Position numbers and translations under genes: made by a program. DNA of 64,000 nucleotides from an uncultured Curvibacter sp. (GTDB lineage Bacteria > Pseudomonadota > Gammaproteobacteria > Burkholderiales > Burkholderiaceae_C): assembly GCA_903834975.1 (NCBI GenBank), contig CAILKX010000092.1, positions 2,384 through 66,383 of the forward strand, written 5' to 3'. Position 1 is the first letter of the stretch. Each line of letters begins with the position of its first letter. Positions 40,511 to 50,706 of the stretch are shown here, piece after piece. The notes under the pieces were generated by a model. It did not search any database and was not told the DNA's origin. It was given only the letters and a program-made list of their open reading frames with translations.

Positions 40511-41961
40511 CCTCTCACTTCACTCAACCCTTGTTTGCCCGGCGATCCAACCGCTGGGCCTGCGCTTTTTCGCTCAGTAGCGCGGCTCTGGCGCTGCTCC
40601 TCTTGGGGGGCTGCGCCAACCCCGCCGGTATCGAGCCCAAAGCCACCGTGCACGATCCCGCACATGGTTTGACGCCCGCCGTGACGACCGGGGCCCCCGA
40701 ATGGGCCCGAACCGACGTTTGGTTGGATTTTGGCGATGCGCAATTGGCCCATCTGATTCAACAGGCCCGTGACAACAACCCCAGCTTGGCCGTGGCCCAA
40801 ACCCGCCTCGAGAAGGCCAAAGCCTACGTGGGATTGGCCGATGCCGCCTTGCAGCCCAAGGTCAATGGCAAGTTTGAGATGGACCGCAACACCCTGAGCA
40901 AGAACCCGGTTTTCTTTGGCTTGGGCGGTAAAACCTACGACGCCGATTTGGCCATTTTGGGGGCTTCATGGGAGCTTGATTTTTTTGGAAAAAATGAAGC
41001 CACCCTGAAAGCCGCTTTGGGTCAAACCAAGGCCTCTGAGGCCGACTGGCAAGCCGCCCGCACCTTGTTGTCCAGCCAAGTGGCCCGTGGATATTGGCAA
41101 TGGGTTCGTGTGCAAGCCCAAATCAAGCTGGCCCAGGCACTGTTGCAAGAGCGTGAAACCCAGCTCAAGTTGATTCGCCAGCGCCTGGCCGAGGGTTTGG
41201 ATACCCAATTGGAATTGCGTCAAGCCCAAGCGGGTTTGCCCGAAATTCGCGGTGCCATTGAAGCACTCATCGAGCAGCGCGACAACCTTCAGCATGCCTT
41301 GGGGGCTTTGGTGGGAAGCATGAGCGCCACCGCCGACTTGAAAGTGCCGGCCATTGATTGGACCCAATGGAAAATCGAGGCCGTGCCCGACGAGGTGCCA
41401 TTGGATTTGATTGGCCGTCGCCCCGATGTGTTGGCCTCCAAATGGCGGGTGGAAGCCACCACCCAAGACCGCGCCACCGCCAAAGCGGCTTTTTACCCCA
41501 ACATCAATTTGTCCTTCAATGCCGTGGCACTCAGCGCCGGCTTTGACAGAATCTTCAACTCGCCCGGGCAATTGCTGGGCGGCGGCCCCGCCATCAGTCT
41601 GCCCTTGTTTGACGGTGGCCGCTTGCGGGCCAATTTAGGGGCCAAAACGGCCGATGTGGATGCGGCCGTCAACAGTTACAACAGCGTCGTGCTCGACGCC
41701 GTTCGCGAGGTGGCCGACTTGGTCAGCACCGGGCAATCGTTGGTGAAACAACAAGCCGAGCAAAAACTGGCCTTGCAAACGGCAATCGATGCGCACCACA
41801 TTGCCCAACAACGTTTTGAAGCGGGCTTGATCACGGCCTTTCCGGTGCTGATGGCCAAGAGCAATGTGCTGAATCAAGAGCGCTTGACCATCGATCTGCA
41901 GGCCCGGGTGTTGGACAACCGAGCAGCCCTTTGGCGTGCCCTCGGATCGGGCATGCCTTAA
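40507..41961 (+). CDS. Efflux outer-membrane lipoprotein (NodT/OMF family)
   Basis: Lipobox LLGGC; ASWELDFFG, RRPDV and AFYPNI motifs. Confidence 0.9.
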   Translation: MTSHFTQPLFARRSNRWACAFSLSSAALALLLLGGCANPAGIEPKATVHDPAHGLTPAVTTGAPEWARTDVWLDFGDAQLAHLIQQARDNNPSLAVAQTRLEKAKAYVGLADAALQPKVNGKFEMDRNTLSKNPVFFGLGGKTYDADLAILGASWELDFFGKNEATLKAALGQTKASEADWQAARTLLSSQVARGYWQWVRVQAQIKLAQALLQERETQLKLIRQRLAEGLDTQLELRQAQAGLPEIRGAIEALIEQRDNLQHALGALVGSMSATADLKVPAIDWTQWKIEAVPDEVPLDLIGRRPDVLASKWRVEATTQDRATAKAAFYPNINLSFNAVALSAGFDRIFNSPGQLLGGGPAISLPLFDGGRLRANLGAKTADVDAAVNSYNSVVLDAVREVADLVSTGQSLVKQQAEQKLALQTAIDAHHIAQQRFEAGLITAFPVLMAKSNVLNQERLTIDLQARVLDNRAALWRALGSGMP

Positions 41962-42055
41962 GGCCCTGCTGTTATTCAACGACTGCTATTTCCCGATTGT
42001 TAAAAAACCCTCAAACACCCGCCGTCTTTTACCCATTGACCCCTCAGGATTTGCC

Positions 42056-43300
42056 ATGAATGCTCCCACTTCCACCCCTACCAACAACAATCGCCGCAAA
42101 GGCCTGACCACCGTCGCGGTGCTGGTGCTCTTGGCTGGCGCGGCTTGGGGTGTCTATGAATACGTCGTCAGCAGCCACTTTGAAACCACGGACAACGCCT
42201 ACGTCCAAGGCAATTTGATCCAGATAACCCCGCAAATTTCGGGCACGGTCAAAGAGATTTATGCCGACGATACCGACCGCGTTCAAGCCGGTCAGCCCCT
42301 CATCAAACTGGACGGCACCGATGCCCAATTGGCCTTGCAACAAGCGAGCGCCAATTTGGGCGCTGTGGTTCGTCAAGTGCGCACGGTTTTCGCTAACAAT
42401 GACACATTGAGTGCACAAATCAGCTTGCGTGAAGCCGACGTGGCCCGAGTCCAAGTCGATTTAGAGCGCGCCACCGACGACTTGGCACGCCGTCAAAAAT
42501 TGACAGGTTCTGGTGCGGTTTCAAAAGAAGAACTGCAACACGCCCAGTCGCAGGCGGCGGCGGCCAAAAGCCAATTGAACGCCGCGCAAGCCGCCGTGGT
42601 CGCCGCGCGTGAACAACTCGCCAGCAACCAGGCGCAAACGCAGGGCGTGAACGTGCAATCGCATCCCTCGGTCTTGGCGGCCGCCGACAAAGTCCGCGAA
42701 GCCTATGTGGCCGCACACCGTCTGGTGTTGCCCGCACCGGTCGACGGCTATGTCGCCAAACGGGTGGTTCAATTGGGCCAACGCGTCGCCCCTGGGGCCA
42801 ATTTGATGAACATCGTCCCCTTGCAGCAGGTTTGGGTGGATGCCAACTTCAAAGAAGTTCAACTGCGCAACTTGCGTTTGGGACAGCCCGTTAAATTGAC
42901 CGCCGACTATTACGGCAGCAAGGTGGAATTTGACGGCAAAGTGGCCGGTTTGGGCATGGGCACCGGCGCCGCCTTCGCTTTGTTGCCTGCACAAAACGCC
43001 ACCGGGAACTGGATCAAAGTGGTGCAACGCGTGCCCGTGCGAGTTGCCTTGAACGCAGAGCAAATCGCCAAACACCCCTTGCGCGTGGGCTTGTCGATGG
43101 AAGTTTCAGTCGACATCACCAATCAAGAAGGCGGCTCTCTGGCCGAAGCCACCCGCACCCAGCCTTATGGCATGACCGATGTGCTGGAAATCTCCCAGCA
43201 AGGCGCCGACGAGTTGGTCAACCAAGTGGTGTCGGCCAATTTGGGTCAAAAAGTGAAGATGGCGCACAGCGTCGCCCAACCTGTCGCCAATAAGCAATAA
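42056..43300 (+). CDS. emrA: EmrA-like membrane fusion protein
   Basis: TDNAYV, WVDANFKE, NATGNWIKVVQRVPV. Confidence 0.9.
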   Translation: MNAPTSTPTNNNRRKGLTTVAVLVLLAGAAWGVYEYVVSSHFETTDNAYVQGNLIQITPQISGTVKEIYADDTDRVQAGQPLIKLDGTDAQLALQQASANLGAVVRQVRTVFANNDTLSAQISLREADVARVQVDLERATDDLARRQKLTGSGAVSKEELQHAQSQAAAAKSQLNAAQAAVVAAREQLASNQAQTQGVNVQSHPSVLAAADKVREAYVAAHRLVLPAPVDGYVAKRVVQLGQRVAPGANLMNIVPLQQVWVDANFKEVQLRNLRLGQPVKLTADYYGSKVEFDGKVAGLGMGTGAAFALLPAQNATGNWIKVVQRVPVRVALNAEQIAKHPLRVGLSMEVSVDITNQEGGSLAEATRTQPYGMTDVLEISQQGADELVNQVVSANLGQKVKMAHSVAQPVANKQ

Positions 43301-43320
43301 GTAATAAGTAACAAGTAAAG
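43291..43320 (+). repeat. Imperfect 7-bp tandem repeat over the emrA stop
   Basis: TAAGCAA TAAGTAA TAAGTAA CAAGTAA. Confidence 0.8.
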
Positions 43321-43326
43321 GCCGAC

Positions 43327-44895
43327 ATGTCTGCTCCTGCCAACGCCGCTCCGCCGATGCCGCCTTTGACCGGGTCCGCCCGTGTCTTGGGCACTTTGGC
43401 CTTGTCGGCGGCGACTTTCATGAATGTGCTGGACACCTCGATTGCCAACGTGTCCCTGCCGGCGATCGCGGGTGATTTGGGCGTCAGTCCGAATCAAGGC
43501 ACTTGGGTCATCACCAGTTTTGCGGTGGCCAATGCGATTGCGGTGCCTTTGACGGGGTGGTTGTCGCAACGCTTTGGACAGGTGCGTTTGTTCACGCTGA
43601 GCGTGTTGTTGTTTGTGCTGACTTCTTGGTTGTGCGGATTGGCGCCGAACATGCCGATCTTGATCGCCCTGCGTGCACTGCAAGGTTTTGTGGCCGGCCC
43701 CATGATTCCCCTGTCTCAGGGGTTGTTGCTGTCCAGCTACCCCAAAGCGTTGGCGGGGTTGGCCATGGCCTTGTGGTCGATGACGACCTTGGTGGCCCCG
43801 GTCATGGGTCCTTTGCTCGGGGGCTGGATTACCGACAACATGAGTTGGCCTTGGATCTTCTTTATCAACATTCCCGTGGGGTTGTTGGCCGCGGGCGTGA
43901 CTTGGCAGATTTATAAAACCCGCGAAAGCGTGGTGCGCAAACTGCCGATCGATTCGATGGGTTTGGCCCTTTTGGTCATTTGGGTCGGCAGTTTGCAAAT
44001 TGCCTTGGACATCGGTAAAGAAAACGATTGGTTCCATTCCTCTCTGGTGGTTGGCTTGTTCATCACGGCGGCCATTGGGTTCATGGTGTTTTTGATTTGG
44101 GAGTTGACCGAGGCCCATCCTGTGGTGGACTTGCAGTTGTTCAAACGGCGCAATTTCTGGGCAGGGACGGTGTCCATCTCGATTGGCTATGCGCTGTTTT
44201 TTGGCAACATTGTGATTTTGCCGCTGTGGTTACAACAGTACATGGGCTACACCTCGACGCAAGCTGGCATGGTGATGGCCCCCGTGGGCGCATTGGCCAT
44301 TTTGTTGTCTCCTTGGGTGGGTAAAAACATGGGGCGATTTGATCCCCGTGCATTTGCCACGATTGCCTTTGTGGTGTTCGCCGTCGTCTTGTGGATGCGG
44401 TCGCACTTCAACACCGAAGCGCCGATGCAAACCATCATGATCCCCACCATCGTGCAGGGCATTGCCATGGCTTTTTTCTTTGTGCCCTTGGTCACTTTGA
44501 TCATGAGCGGCTTGCCGCCCGATCGCATACCGGCTGCGTCGGGTTTGTCCAACTTCTTGCGCATTTTGGGCGGTGCCTTTGGCACCTCCATCGCCACCAC
44601 GGTCTGGGAAGACCGGGCCGCCATGCACCACGCCCAACTGAGCGAGCAGATCAACCAAGGGCGTGAAGTGGCCATGTCCACCCTACAAGGCTTGGGTTCT
44701 GCGGGGCTGTCGCCGACATCGTCCTTGGCTTTGGTGAACCGACTGATAGACCAGCAGGCCTTTATGCTCGCCGCCAACGACGTTTTTATGGCGTCAGCGG
44801 GTATTTTTATCTTGCTGATCCCCTTGGTTTGGCTGGCCAGAAAACAACCCACGGCCGGTTCGGGCGCCTCGGATGCGGCAGCAGGCGCGCATTAA
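43327..44895 (+). CDS. emrB: EmrB-like DHA2 MFS efflux permease
   Basis: MNVLDTSIANV, QRFGQVRLF, GPLLGGWITDN; about 14 TM segments. Confidence 0.92.
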   Translation: MSAPANAAPPMPPLTGSARVLGTLALSAATFMNVLDTSIANVSLPAIAGDLGVSPNQGTWVITSFAVANAIAVPLTGWLSQRFGQVRLFTLSVLLFVLTSWLCGLAPNMPILIALRALQGFVAGPMIPLSQGLLLSSYPKALAGLAMALWSMTTLVAPVMGPLLGGWITDNMSWPWIFFINIPVGLLAAGVTWQIYKTRESVVRKLPIDSMGLALLVIWVGSLQIALDIGKENDWFHSSLVVGLFITAAIGFMVFLIWELTEAHPVVDLQLFKRRNFWAGTVSISIGYALFFGNIVILPLWLQQYMGYTSTQAGMVMAPVGALAILLSPWVGKNMGRFDPRAFATIAFVVFAVVLWMRSHFNTEAPMQTIMIPTIVQGIAMAFFFVPLVTLIMSGLPPDRIPAASGLSNFLRILGGAFGTSIATTVWEDRAAMHHAQLSEQINQGREVAMSTLQGLGSAGLSPTSSLALVNRLIDQQAFMLAANDVFMASAGIFILLIPLVWLARKQPTAGSGASDAAAGAH

Positions 44896-45039
44896 TCTGT
44901 CACCCACTGGTCAGTTTTTTGTAAGAACTAAGTATTTCTCCCAATGGGCTGACGACCCAAATCGGTCTTTCACGTCTTAACATCCGCGCAACAACCAATA
45001 GACTTGAGCAACCCGCTCAAAGACTTTGCCCGGATAACT

Positions 45040-45810
45040 ATGAGAGACACGATTTTGCAAACCCAAGGGCTCACCAAAGAGTTCAAAGGGTTCACGGCGG
45101 TTAACTCGGTGGACTTAGCGGTTCAACGCGGGCACATCCATGCGCTGATTGGACCCAACGGCGCGGGCAAAACCACGTTTTTCAACCTGCTGACCAAGTT
45201 CTTGCCGCCCACCCGAGGCAGCATTGTTTACAACGGCATCGACATCACCCGCGAACAACCGGCCCAAACGGCCCGCCGTGGCTTGGTGCGGTCTTTTCAA
45301 ATTTCAGCGGTTTTTCCGCACTTGACCGTGCTCGAAAACGTGCGCGCCGCCCTGCAACGCAACTTGGGAACCTCTTTCCATTTTTGGAAATCAGAAAGCA
45401 CCCTTTACCCCTTGCATGACCGTGTGCATGAATTGTTGGCGCAAGTCGATCTGCAAGACTTTGCCGATGAATTGACCGTCAACCTGCCTTACGGCCGCAA
45501 GCGTGCCCTCGAGTTGGCCACCACCCTGGCCCTCGAGCCCGAACTGATGCTGCTGGATGAACCCACCCAAGGCATGGGCCACGAAGACGTGGACCGCGTC
45601 ACACAACTGATTAAGAAAGTGGCCATTGGCCGCACGGTGCTGATGGTTGAACACAATATGAATGTGATTTCCAGCATTGCTGACCGCATCACGGTGCTGC
45701 AACGCGGCGCCATCATCGCCGATGGGCCTTATGACGAAGTGTCAAAGAATCCCTTGGTGATCGAGGCCTACATGGGTTCTGCCGACACCCCTTTGCAAGG
45801 GGCACACTGA
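45040..45810 (+). CDS. LIV-type ABC ATP-binding protein (LivG-like)
   Basis: GPNGAGKTT, RSFQIS, LPYGRKRALE. Confidence 0.9.
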   Translation: MRDTILQTQGLTKEFKGFTAVNSVDLAVQRGHIHALIGPNGAGKTTFFNLLTKFLPPTRGSIVYNGIDITREQPAQTARRGLVRSFQISAVFPHLTVLENVRAALQRNLGTSFHFWKSESTLYPLHDRVHELLAQVDLQDFADELTVNLPYGRKRALELATTLALEPELMLLDEPTQGMGHEDVDRVTQLIKKVAIGRTVLMVEHNMNVISSIADRITVLQRGAIIADGPYDEVSKNPLVIEAYMGSADTPLQGAH

Positions 45811-45811
45811 C

Positions 45812-46537
45812 ATGGTTTCACCCTCCCATCCCTCCCATCTGTTGAACATTGACAACCTGCAAGCTTGGTATGGCGAGTCCCACATCCTTCACGGCGTGAA
45901 CCTCCACGTGAAAGAAGGGGAGGTGGTGACGATCTTGGGCCGCAATGGTTCGGGCCGCACCACCACCTTGCGTGCCATCATGGGTTTGACGGGCCGTCGC
46001 CAAGGCAGCATTCAGGTGAAGGGCCAAGAAACAATTGGCATGTCGACCCACAACATCGCGCGTTTGGGTGTGGGCTACTGCCCTGAAGAGCGCGCCATCT
46101 TTTCCTCGCTCTCCACCGAAGAAAACCTGATGTTGCCGCCCAAGCTCAAGGGCACCGATGGGGGCATGGCGGTCGAACAAATCTACGAGATGTTCCCCAA
46201 TTTGCTGGAGCGCAAATCGAGCCCCGGGACGCGCCTCTCGGGAGGTGAACAGCAAATGTTGGCGGTGGCGCGGATCCTGCGCACCGGTGCCAAGTTGCTT
46301 TTGTTGGACGAAATTTCTGAAGGCTTGGCGCCCGTCATCGTGCAAAAGTTGGCCGCCATGATTTTGGACTTGAAGCAAAAAGGCTTCACCATTGTGTTGG
46401 TTGAGCAGAACTTCCGTTTTGCCGCCCCCTTGGCCGATCGTTTCTACGTCATGGAGCACGGCCAAATGGTGCAGGAATTCCCGCAGAGCGAACTGGCCTC
46501 CAAGATGGCGCTGCTGCATGAGTTTTTAGGTGTTTGA
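45812..46537 (+). CDS. LIV-type ABC ATP-binding protein (LivF-like)
   Basis: GRNGSGRT, LSGGEQQM, DEISEGLAP. Confidence 0.9.
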   Translation: MVSPSHPSHLLNIDNLQAWYGESHILHGVNLHVKEGEVVTILGRNGSGRTTTLRAIMGLTGRRQGSIQVKGQETIGMSTHNIARLGVGYCPEERAIFSSLSTEENLMLPPKLKGTDGGMAVEQIYEMFPNLLERKSSPGTRLSGGEQQMLAVARILRTGAKLLLLDEISEGLAPVIVQKLAAMILDLKQKGFTIVLVEQNFRFAAPLADRFYVMEHGQMVQEFPQSELASKMALLHEFLGV

Positions 46538-46568
46538 GGTTTTGAAGTTATCAAATCAGGAGATGAAA

Positions 46569-47786
46569 ATGAAACGTTTTTCTTTGACCGCAGTGTCCTT
46601 GGCCATGATGGCCGCCTTGGCCTCGGTGGCTGTCGCCCCGGTGGCCCACGCGGCTGACAACGAGGTGGTGATTGGCGACATTGACGATTTATCCGGCCCT
46701 TACTCTGACGTGATCGGCAAGGGCGGCATTGAAGCGCTGAACATGGCCATCGCCGATTTCGGTGGCAAAGTCTTGGGCAAAAAGATCACCGTCTTGACTG
46801 CTGACCATCAAAGCAAGCCCGATATTGGATCCGCGAAATTCCGCGAGTGGGCGGACCAAAATGGTCTGAACATGTTGTTGGGCGGCTCCAACACCGGCGT
46901 GAGCATTGCCATGTCCAAAGTGGCTGCGCAAAAGAAAGTGCCTTTCATCGCGATCGGTGCCGCAGGCGCTTCATTGACCAATGCCGACTGCACGCCTTAC
47001 ACCGTGCACTATGCCTATGACACCAACGCCTTGGCCAATGGCACCGCGACGGTGATGACCCAAAACGGCGGCAAAACTTGGTATTTCTTGACGGCAGACT
47101 ATGCCTTCGGCACCCAGTTGCAGGACGCCGCCACCAAGGTGGTCTTGGCCAACGGCGGCAAGTCACTGGGCGCGGTCCGGGTGCCTTTGGCTGCCTCTGA
47201 CTTCTCCTCTTTCTTGTTGCAAGCCCAAGGCTCCAAGGCCCAAGTACTGGGCTTGGCCAACGCGGGTGCGGACACCATCAACTCGATCAAGGCCGCGCAA
47301 GAATTCGGTTTGAACAACACCATGCAGCTGGCCTCTTTGCTGGCCTTCATCAGCGACATCCACAGCCTGGGTCTGAAAGCCGCCCAAGGCCTGTACCTGA
47401 CCACCAGCTGGTATTGGGATGCTGACGAAAAAACCCGTGCCTTTGGCAAGCGTTTCTTCGAGAAAATGAAGAAAGAACCGACAGACGTGCAAGCCGCTTA
47501 CTACTCGGCCACGCTGACCTACTTGAACGCCGTCAAGGCCGCGGGCACCACCGACCCCGACAAGGTCATGGCTGAATTGAAGAAAGCCAAGATCAACGAC
47601 ATGTACACCCAGGGCGGCTACATCCGTGAAGACGGTTTGATGGTTCACCCCATGTACGTGATGCAAGTCAAGGCGCCTGCTGATTCCAAATACCCTTGGG
47701 ATTACTTCAAGCTGGTCAAGAAAATGTCCGGCGAAGAGGCTTATGGCCCCTTGTCTGCCAGCACCTGCCCCTTGTTGAAGAAGTAA
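46569..47786 (+). CDS. LIV-type ABC substrate-binding protein
   Basis: Sec signal; DLSGPYSD, DHQSKPD and ADYAFG motifs; CAGGAG SD. Confidence 0.9.
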   Translation: MKRFSLTAVSLAMMAALASVAVAPVAHAADNEVVIGDIDDLSGPYSDVIGKGGIEALNMAIADFGGKVLGKKITVLTADHQSKPDIGSAKFREWADQNGLNMLLGGSNTGVSIAMSKVAAQKKVPFIAIGAAGASLTNADCTPYTVHYAYDTNALANGTATVMTQNGGKTWYFLTADYAFGTQLQDAATKVVLANGGKSLGAVRVPLAASDFSSFLLQAQGSKAQVLGLANAGADTINSIKAAQEFGLNNTMQLASLLAFISDIHSLGLKAAQGLYLTTSWYWDADEKTRAFGKRFFEKMKKEPTDVQAAYYSATLTYLNAVKAAGTTDPDKVMAELKKAKINDMYTQGGYIREDGLMVHPMYVMQVKAPADSKYPWDYFKLVKKMSGEEAYGPLSASTCPLLKK

Positions 47787-47811
47787 AGACTGACCCCGAC
47801 CCCAATTCCCT

Positions 47812-48696
47812 ATGACTGACATCTTCGGTTTTCCCCTGCCCGTGGTTCTCGGGCAGCTCATGCTTGGGCTGGTGAATGGCTCTTTTTATGCCCTGCTGAG
47901 CTTGGGGTTGGCCGTGATCTTTGGTCTTTTGGGCGTGGTCAATTTTGCCCACGGTGCCTTTTACATGCTGGGGGCGTACGCCGCCTGGCTGGGCATGTCG
48001 TATTTTGAAATCAACTACTGGGTCGCCCTGGTCATGTCGCCCTTGGTGGTCGGGGCCTTGGGTGTGGTGGTGGAGCGGTCTGCGCTGCGCCACCTCTACC
48101 AAATCGATCCTTTGTACGGGCTCTTGCTGACCTTTGGTTTGGCACTGATCGCCGAAGGCTTGCTGCGTGAGATGTTCGGTTCTTCGGGACAGTCATACCC
48201 GGTGCCCGAACTGCTCCGTGGCGCGACCAACCTGGGCTTCATGATCATCCCCATTTACCGTTTGTGGGTGATTGTGGCTTCGGTGTTGGTGTGCTTCACC
48301 ACTTGGTTTGTCTTGGAGCGTACCTCCTTGGGCGCCACCCTGCGGGCCGCCACAGAGAACCCCAAAATTGTTCAATCGTTTGGCATCAATGTGCCCGTGA
48401 TTGTGACGCTCACCTACGGCGCAGGCGTTGGCTTGGCGGCCTTGGCGGGGGTCTTGTCAGCGCCGGTGATTCAAATCACCCCCCTGATGGGATCGTCCTT
48501 GGTCACCGTGGTTTTTGCCGTGGTGGTGATTGGCGGCATGGGCTCGATTTTGGGTGCCATCGTGAGTGGATTGATGCTGGGGGTGATTGAGGGCTTTACC
48601 AAAGTCATTTACCCAGAAGCTTCGAATATTGTGGTGTTTGTGATCATGGCGATTGTGTTGTTCTTCCGCCCTGCGGGTTTGTTTGGCAAGGAATGA
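47812..48696 (+). CDS. LIV-type ABC permease (LivH-like)
   Basis: NFAHGAFYM, LRAATEN, VIGGMGS. Confidence 0.9.
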   Translation: MTDIFGFPLPVVLGQLMLGLVNGSFYALLSLGLAVIFGLLGVVNFAHGAFYMLGAYAAWLGMSYFEINYWVALVMSPLVVGALGVVVERSALRHLYQIDPLYGLLLTFGLALIAEGLLREMFGSSGQSYPVPELLRGATNLGFMIIPIYRLWVIVASVLVCFTTWFVLERTSLGATLRAATENPKIVQSFGINVPVIVTLTYGAGVGLAALAGVLSAPVIQITPLMGSSLVTVVFAVVVIGGMGSILGAIVSGLMLGVIEGFTKVIYPEASNIVVFVIMAIVLFFRPAGLFGKE

Positions 48697-49658
48697 GCAC
48701 CATGACTTCCTCCTTCAAAACCGCGACCACGGTGTTTTATTCGGTGTTATTGGCGCTGGCCATCGCCGCGCCTTGGCTGAACATTTACCCGGTCTATTTA
48801 ATGACCTTGTATTGTTTCGGCATCTTCGCTTGTGCCTTCAACTTGCTGTTGGGCTTTGGCGGCATGTTGTCGTTCGGCCATGCGGCTTTTTTTGGCACGG
48901 CCGCCTACGTCACGGGTTGGCTCGTGACGGACCAAGCTTGGTCCACTTTGTCGGCCATTTTGGCGGGCATGTTCAGTGCGGCGGCTTTGGGCTTGTTGTT
49001 TGGTGTCATCGCCATTCGACGCTCGGGCATTTACTTCGCCATGATCACCATGGCCTTGGCCCAACTGGTTTACTTTGTCATGCTGCAAGCGCCTTTCACA
49101 GGCGGCGAAAACGGCTTACAAGGCATTCCCCGGGGCGATTTGTTGGGCCTCATTTCGCTCAAGCCTGACAACAACATGTACTACTTCGTTTTGCTGATTT
49201 TGGTGGCGGTGTTCTTGGGCATCAAGCGCATTGTGGCGTCGCCCTTCGGCCAAGTGTTGAAGGCCATTCGAGAGAACGAACCCCGAGCCATTTCCTTGGG
49301 TTATGACGTGAACCGCTACAAACTCTTGGTTTTTGTCCTGTCGGCCACCTTGGCGGGCTTGGGCGGTGCATTGAAGGCCTTGGTGCTTAACTTTGCGGCC
49401 CTGACCGATGTGCTGCAATCCACCTCGGGCGAGGTCATCTTGATGACCCTGGTGGGCGGGGTGGGCACCTTCTTTGGCCCCTTGTTGGGCGCCGGTGTGG
49501 TGGTGACCTTACAAGACGTGTTGTCTGACCGCGTCGGCTCTTGGGTCACGGTCATCATCGGCTGCATTTTCGTGATTTGCGTCTTGTCGTTCCGCAAAGG
49601 CATTGTGGGCGAGTGGCTGGCCTTTTTGCAACGCCGTCGGGAAGCGAAAAAGGCCTGA
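48693..49658 (+). CDS. LIV-type ABC permease (LivM-like)
   Basis: LSFGHAAFFG, IYFAMIT, AIRENEPRA. Confidence 0.9.
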   Translation: MSTMTSSFKTATTVFYSVLLALAIAAPWLNIYPVYLMTLYCFGIFACAFNLLLGFGGMLSFGHAAFFGTAAYVTGWLVTDQAWSTLSAILAGMFSAAALGLLFGVIAIRRSGIYFAMITMALAQLVYFVMLQAPFTGGENGLQGIPRGDLLGLISLKPDNNMYYFVLLILVAVFLGIKRIVASPFGQVLKAIRENEPRAISLGYDVNRYKLLVFVLSATLAGLGGALKALVLNFAALTDVLQSTSGEVILMTLVGGVGTFFGPLLGAGVVVTLQDVLSDRVGSWVTVIIGCIFVICVLSFRKGIVGEWLAFLQRRREAKKA

Positions 49659-49713
49659 GCCTTTTTCGTCTTGGTCTAACAGACCCAGTAGAACCAAGCC
49701 GAGATCAGCTTCG

Positions 49714-50706
49714 TTAAGCCGAGCCCCAATCATCGGCCAAGGCCAATAATTGGGGCAGGGCGTTGGGCCCGTCGCAAGCAATCACCTGTCGCTCTGGCAT
49801 GCTGCGCAGCCAGGTGATTTGTCTTTTGGCCAATTGGCGTGTGGCAAAAATACCCTTGTCTCTCAGGTCTTTCCGGTCAACGGGCTGGCCTGAGCGCTCA
49901 CTCAAATCCAAGGCTTCCCAAGCTTGTCGGTAGCCCACACAGCGCATGGCGGGCAGGTCGGGATTCAAGTCGCCTCGGGCCCGCAATGCTTGGACCTCCT
50001 GCAAAAAATTTTGAGCCAACATGGCGTCAAATCGTTGTGCAATCCGATCGTGTAACCACTGTCGATTTTGTGGCTCTAAACTCAAAAGACGCAAAGGCAC
50101 GGGGGGCGTGGTCGTACCAGGATGGGCGTGCCAATCGGTGAGTGTTCTGCCCGAAATTCGGTAGACCTCCAAGGCGCGCTGCAAGCGCTGTGAATCGTTG
50201 GGGGCCAGGCGTTTGGCGCTGTCGGGGTCCACCTGCACCAGCGCCGCGTGAATGGCTGGCCACCCCTCCAGGCGGGCCTGGGCCTCAATGTCGGCGCGCA
50301 CTTGTGCATCGGCCGGCGGCATTGGGGCCAGGCCTTGTTGCAAGGCTTTTAAGTACAGCATGGTGCCCCCGACCAAGAGCGGCACTGCACCCCGGCCCCG
50401 AACATCTTCAATCAACACCGAGGCATCTTGCACAAATTCGGCAGCGCTGTAGGTTTGCGAGGGGTCGCGAATGTCAATCAAATGATGGCGCACTTGGGCC
50501 AATTCGCTGGCGCTGGGTTTGGCCGTGCCAATGTCCATGCCGCGGTAAACCAAGGCGGAGTCGACGCTGATGACCTCGACCTTTTGGGGGCCGTTGCCGG
50601 CGTGGCCATGCCGAGTTCGGCCTGTTGACAAGTGTTCGGCCAATGCCAATGCCGCTGCGGTTTTGCCACTGGCGGTCGGGCCGACCAAGGCCCAAACGGG
50701 ATTCAA
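49714..50706 (-). CDS. miaA: tRNA dimethylallyltransferase
   Basis: [45 protein letters not shown] start overlaps the P450 stop. Confidence 0.96.
   Translation of the reverse strand: MNPVWALVGPTASGKTAAALALAEHLSTGRTRHGHAGNGPQKVEVISVDSALVYRGMDIGTAKPSASELAQVRHHLIDIRDPSQTYSAAEFVQDASVLIEDVRGRGAVPLLVGGTMLYLKALQQGLAPMPPADAQVRADIEAQARLEGWPAIHAALVQVDPDSAKRLAPNDSQRLQRALEVYRISGRTLTDWHAHPGTTTPPVPLRLLSLEPQNRQWLHDRIAQRFDAMLAQNFLQEVQALRARGDLNPDLPAMRCVGYRQAWEALDLSERSGQPVDRKDLRDKGIFATRQLAKRQITWLRSMPERQVIACDGPNALPQLLALADDWGSA

Noticed and set aside
50100-50706. Frameshifted FAD/NADPH domain continuing the P450
   Set aside because: The sequence after the P450 stop is a full miaA; short alternative-frame ORFs show no FNR-type motifs.
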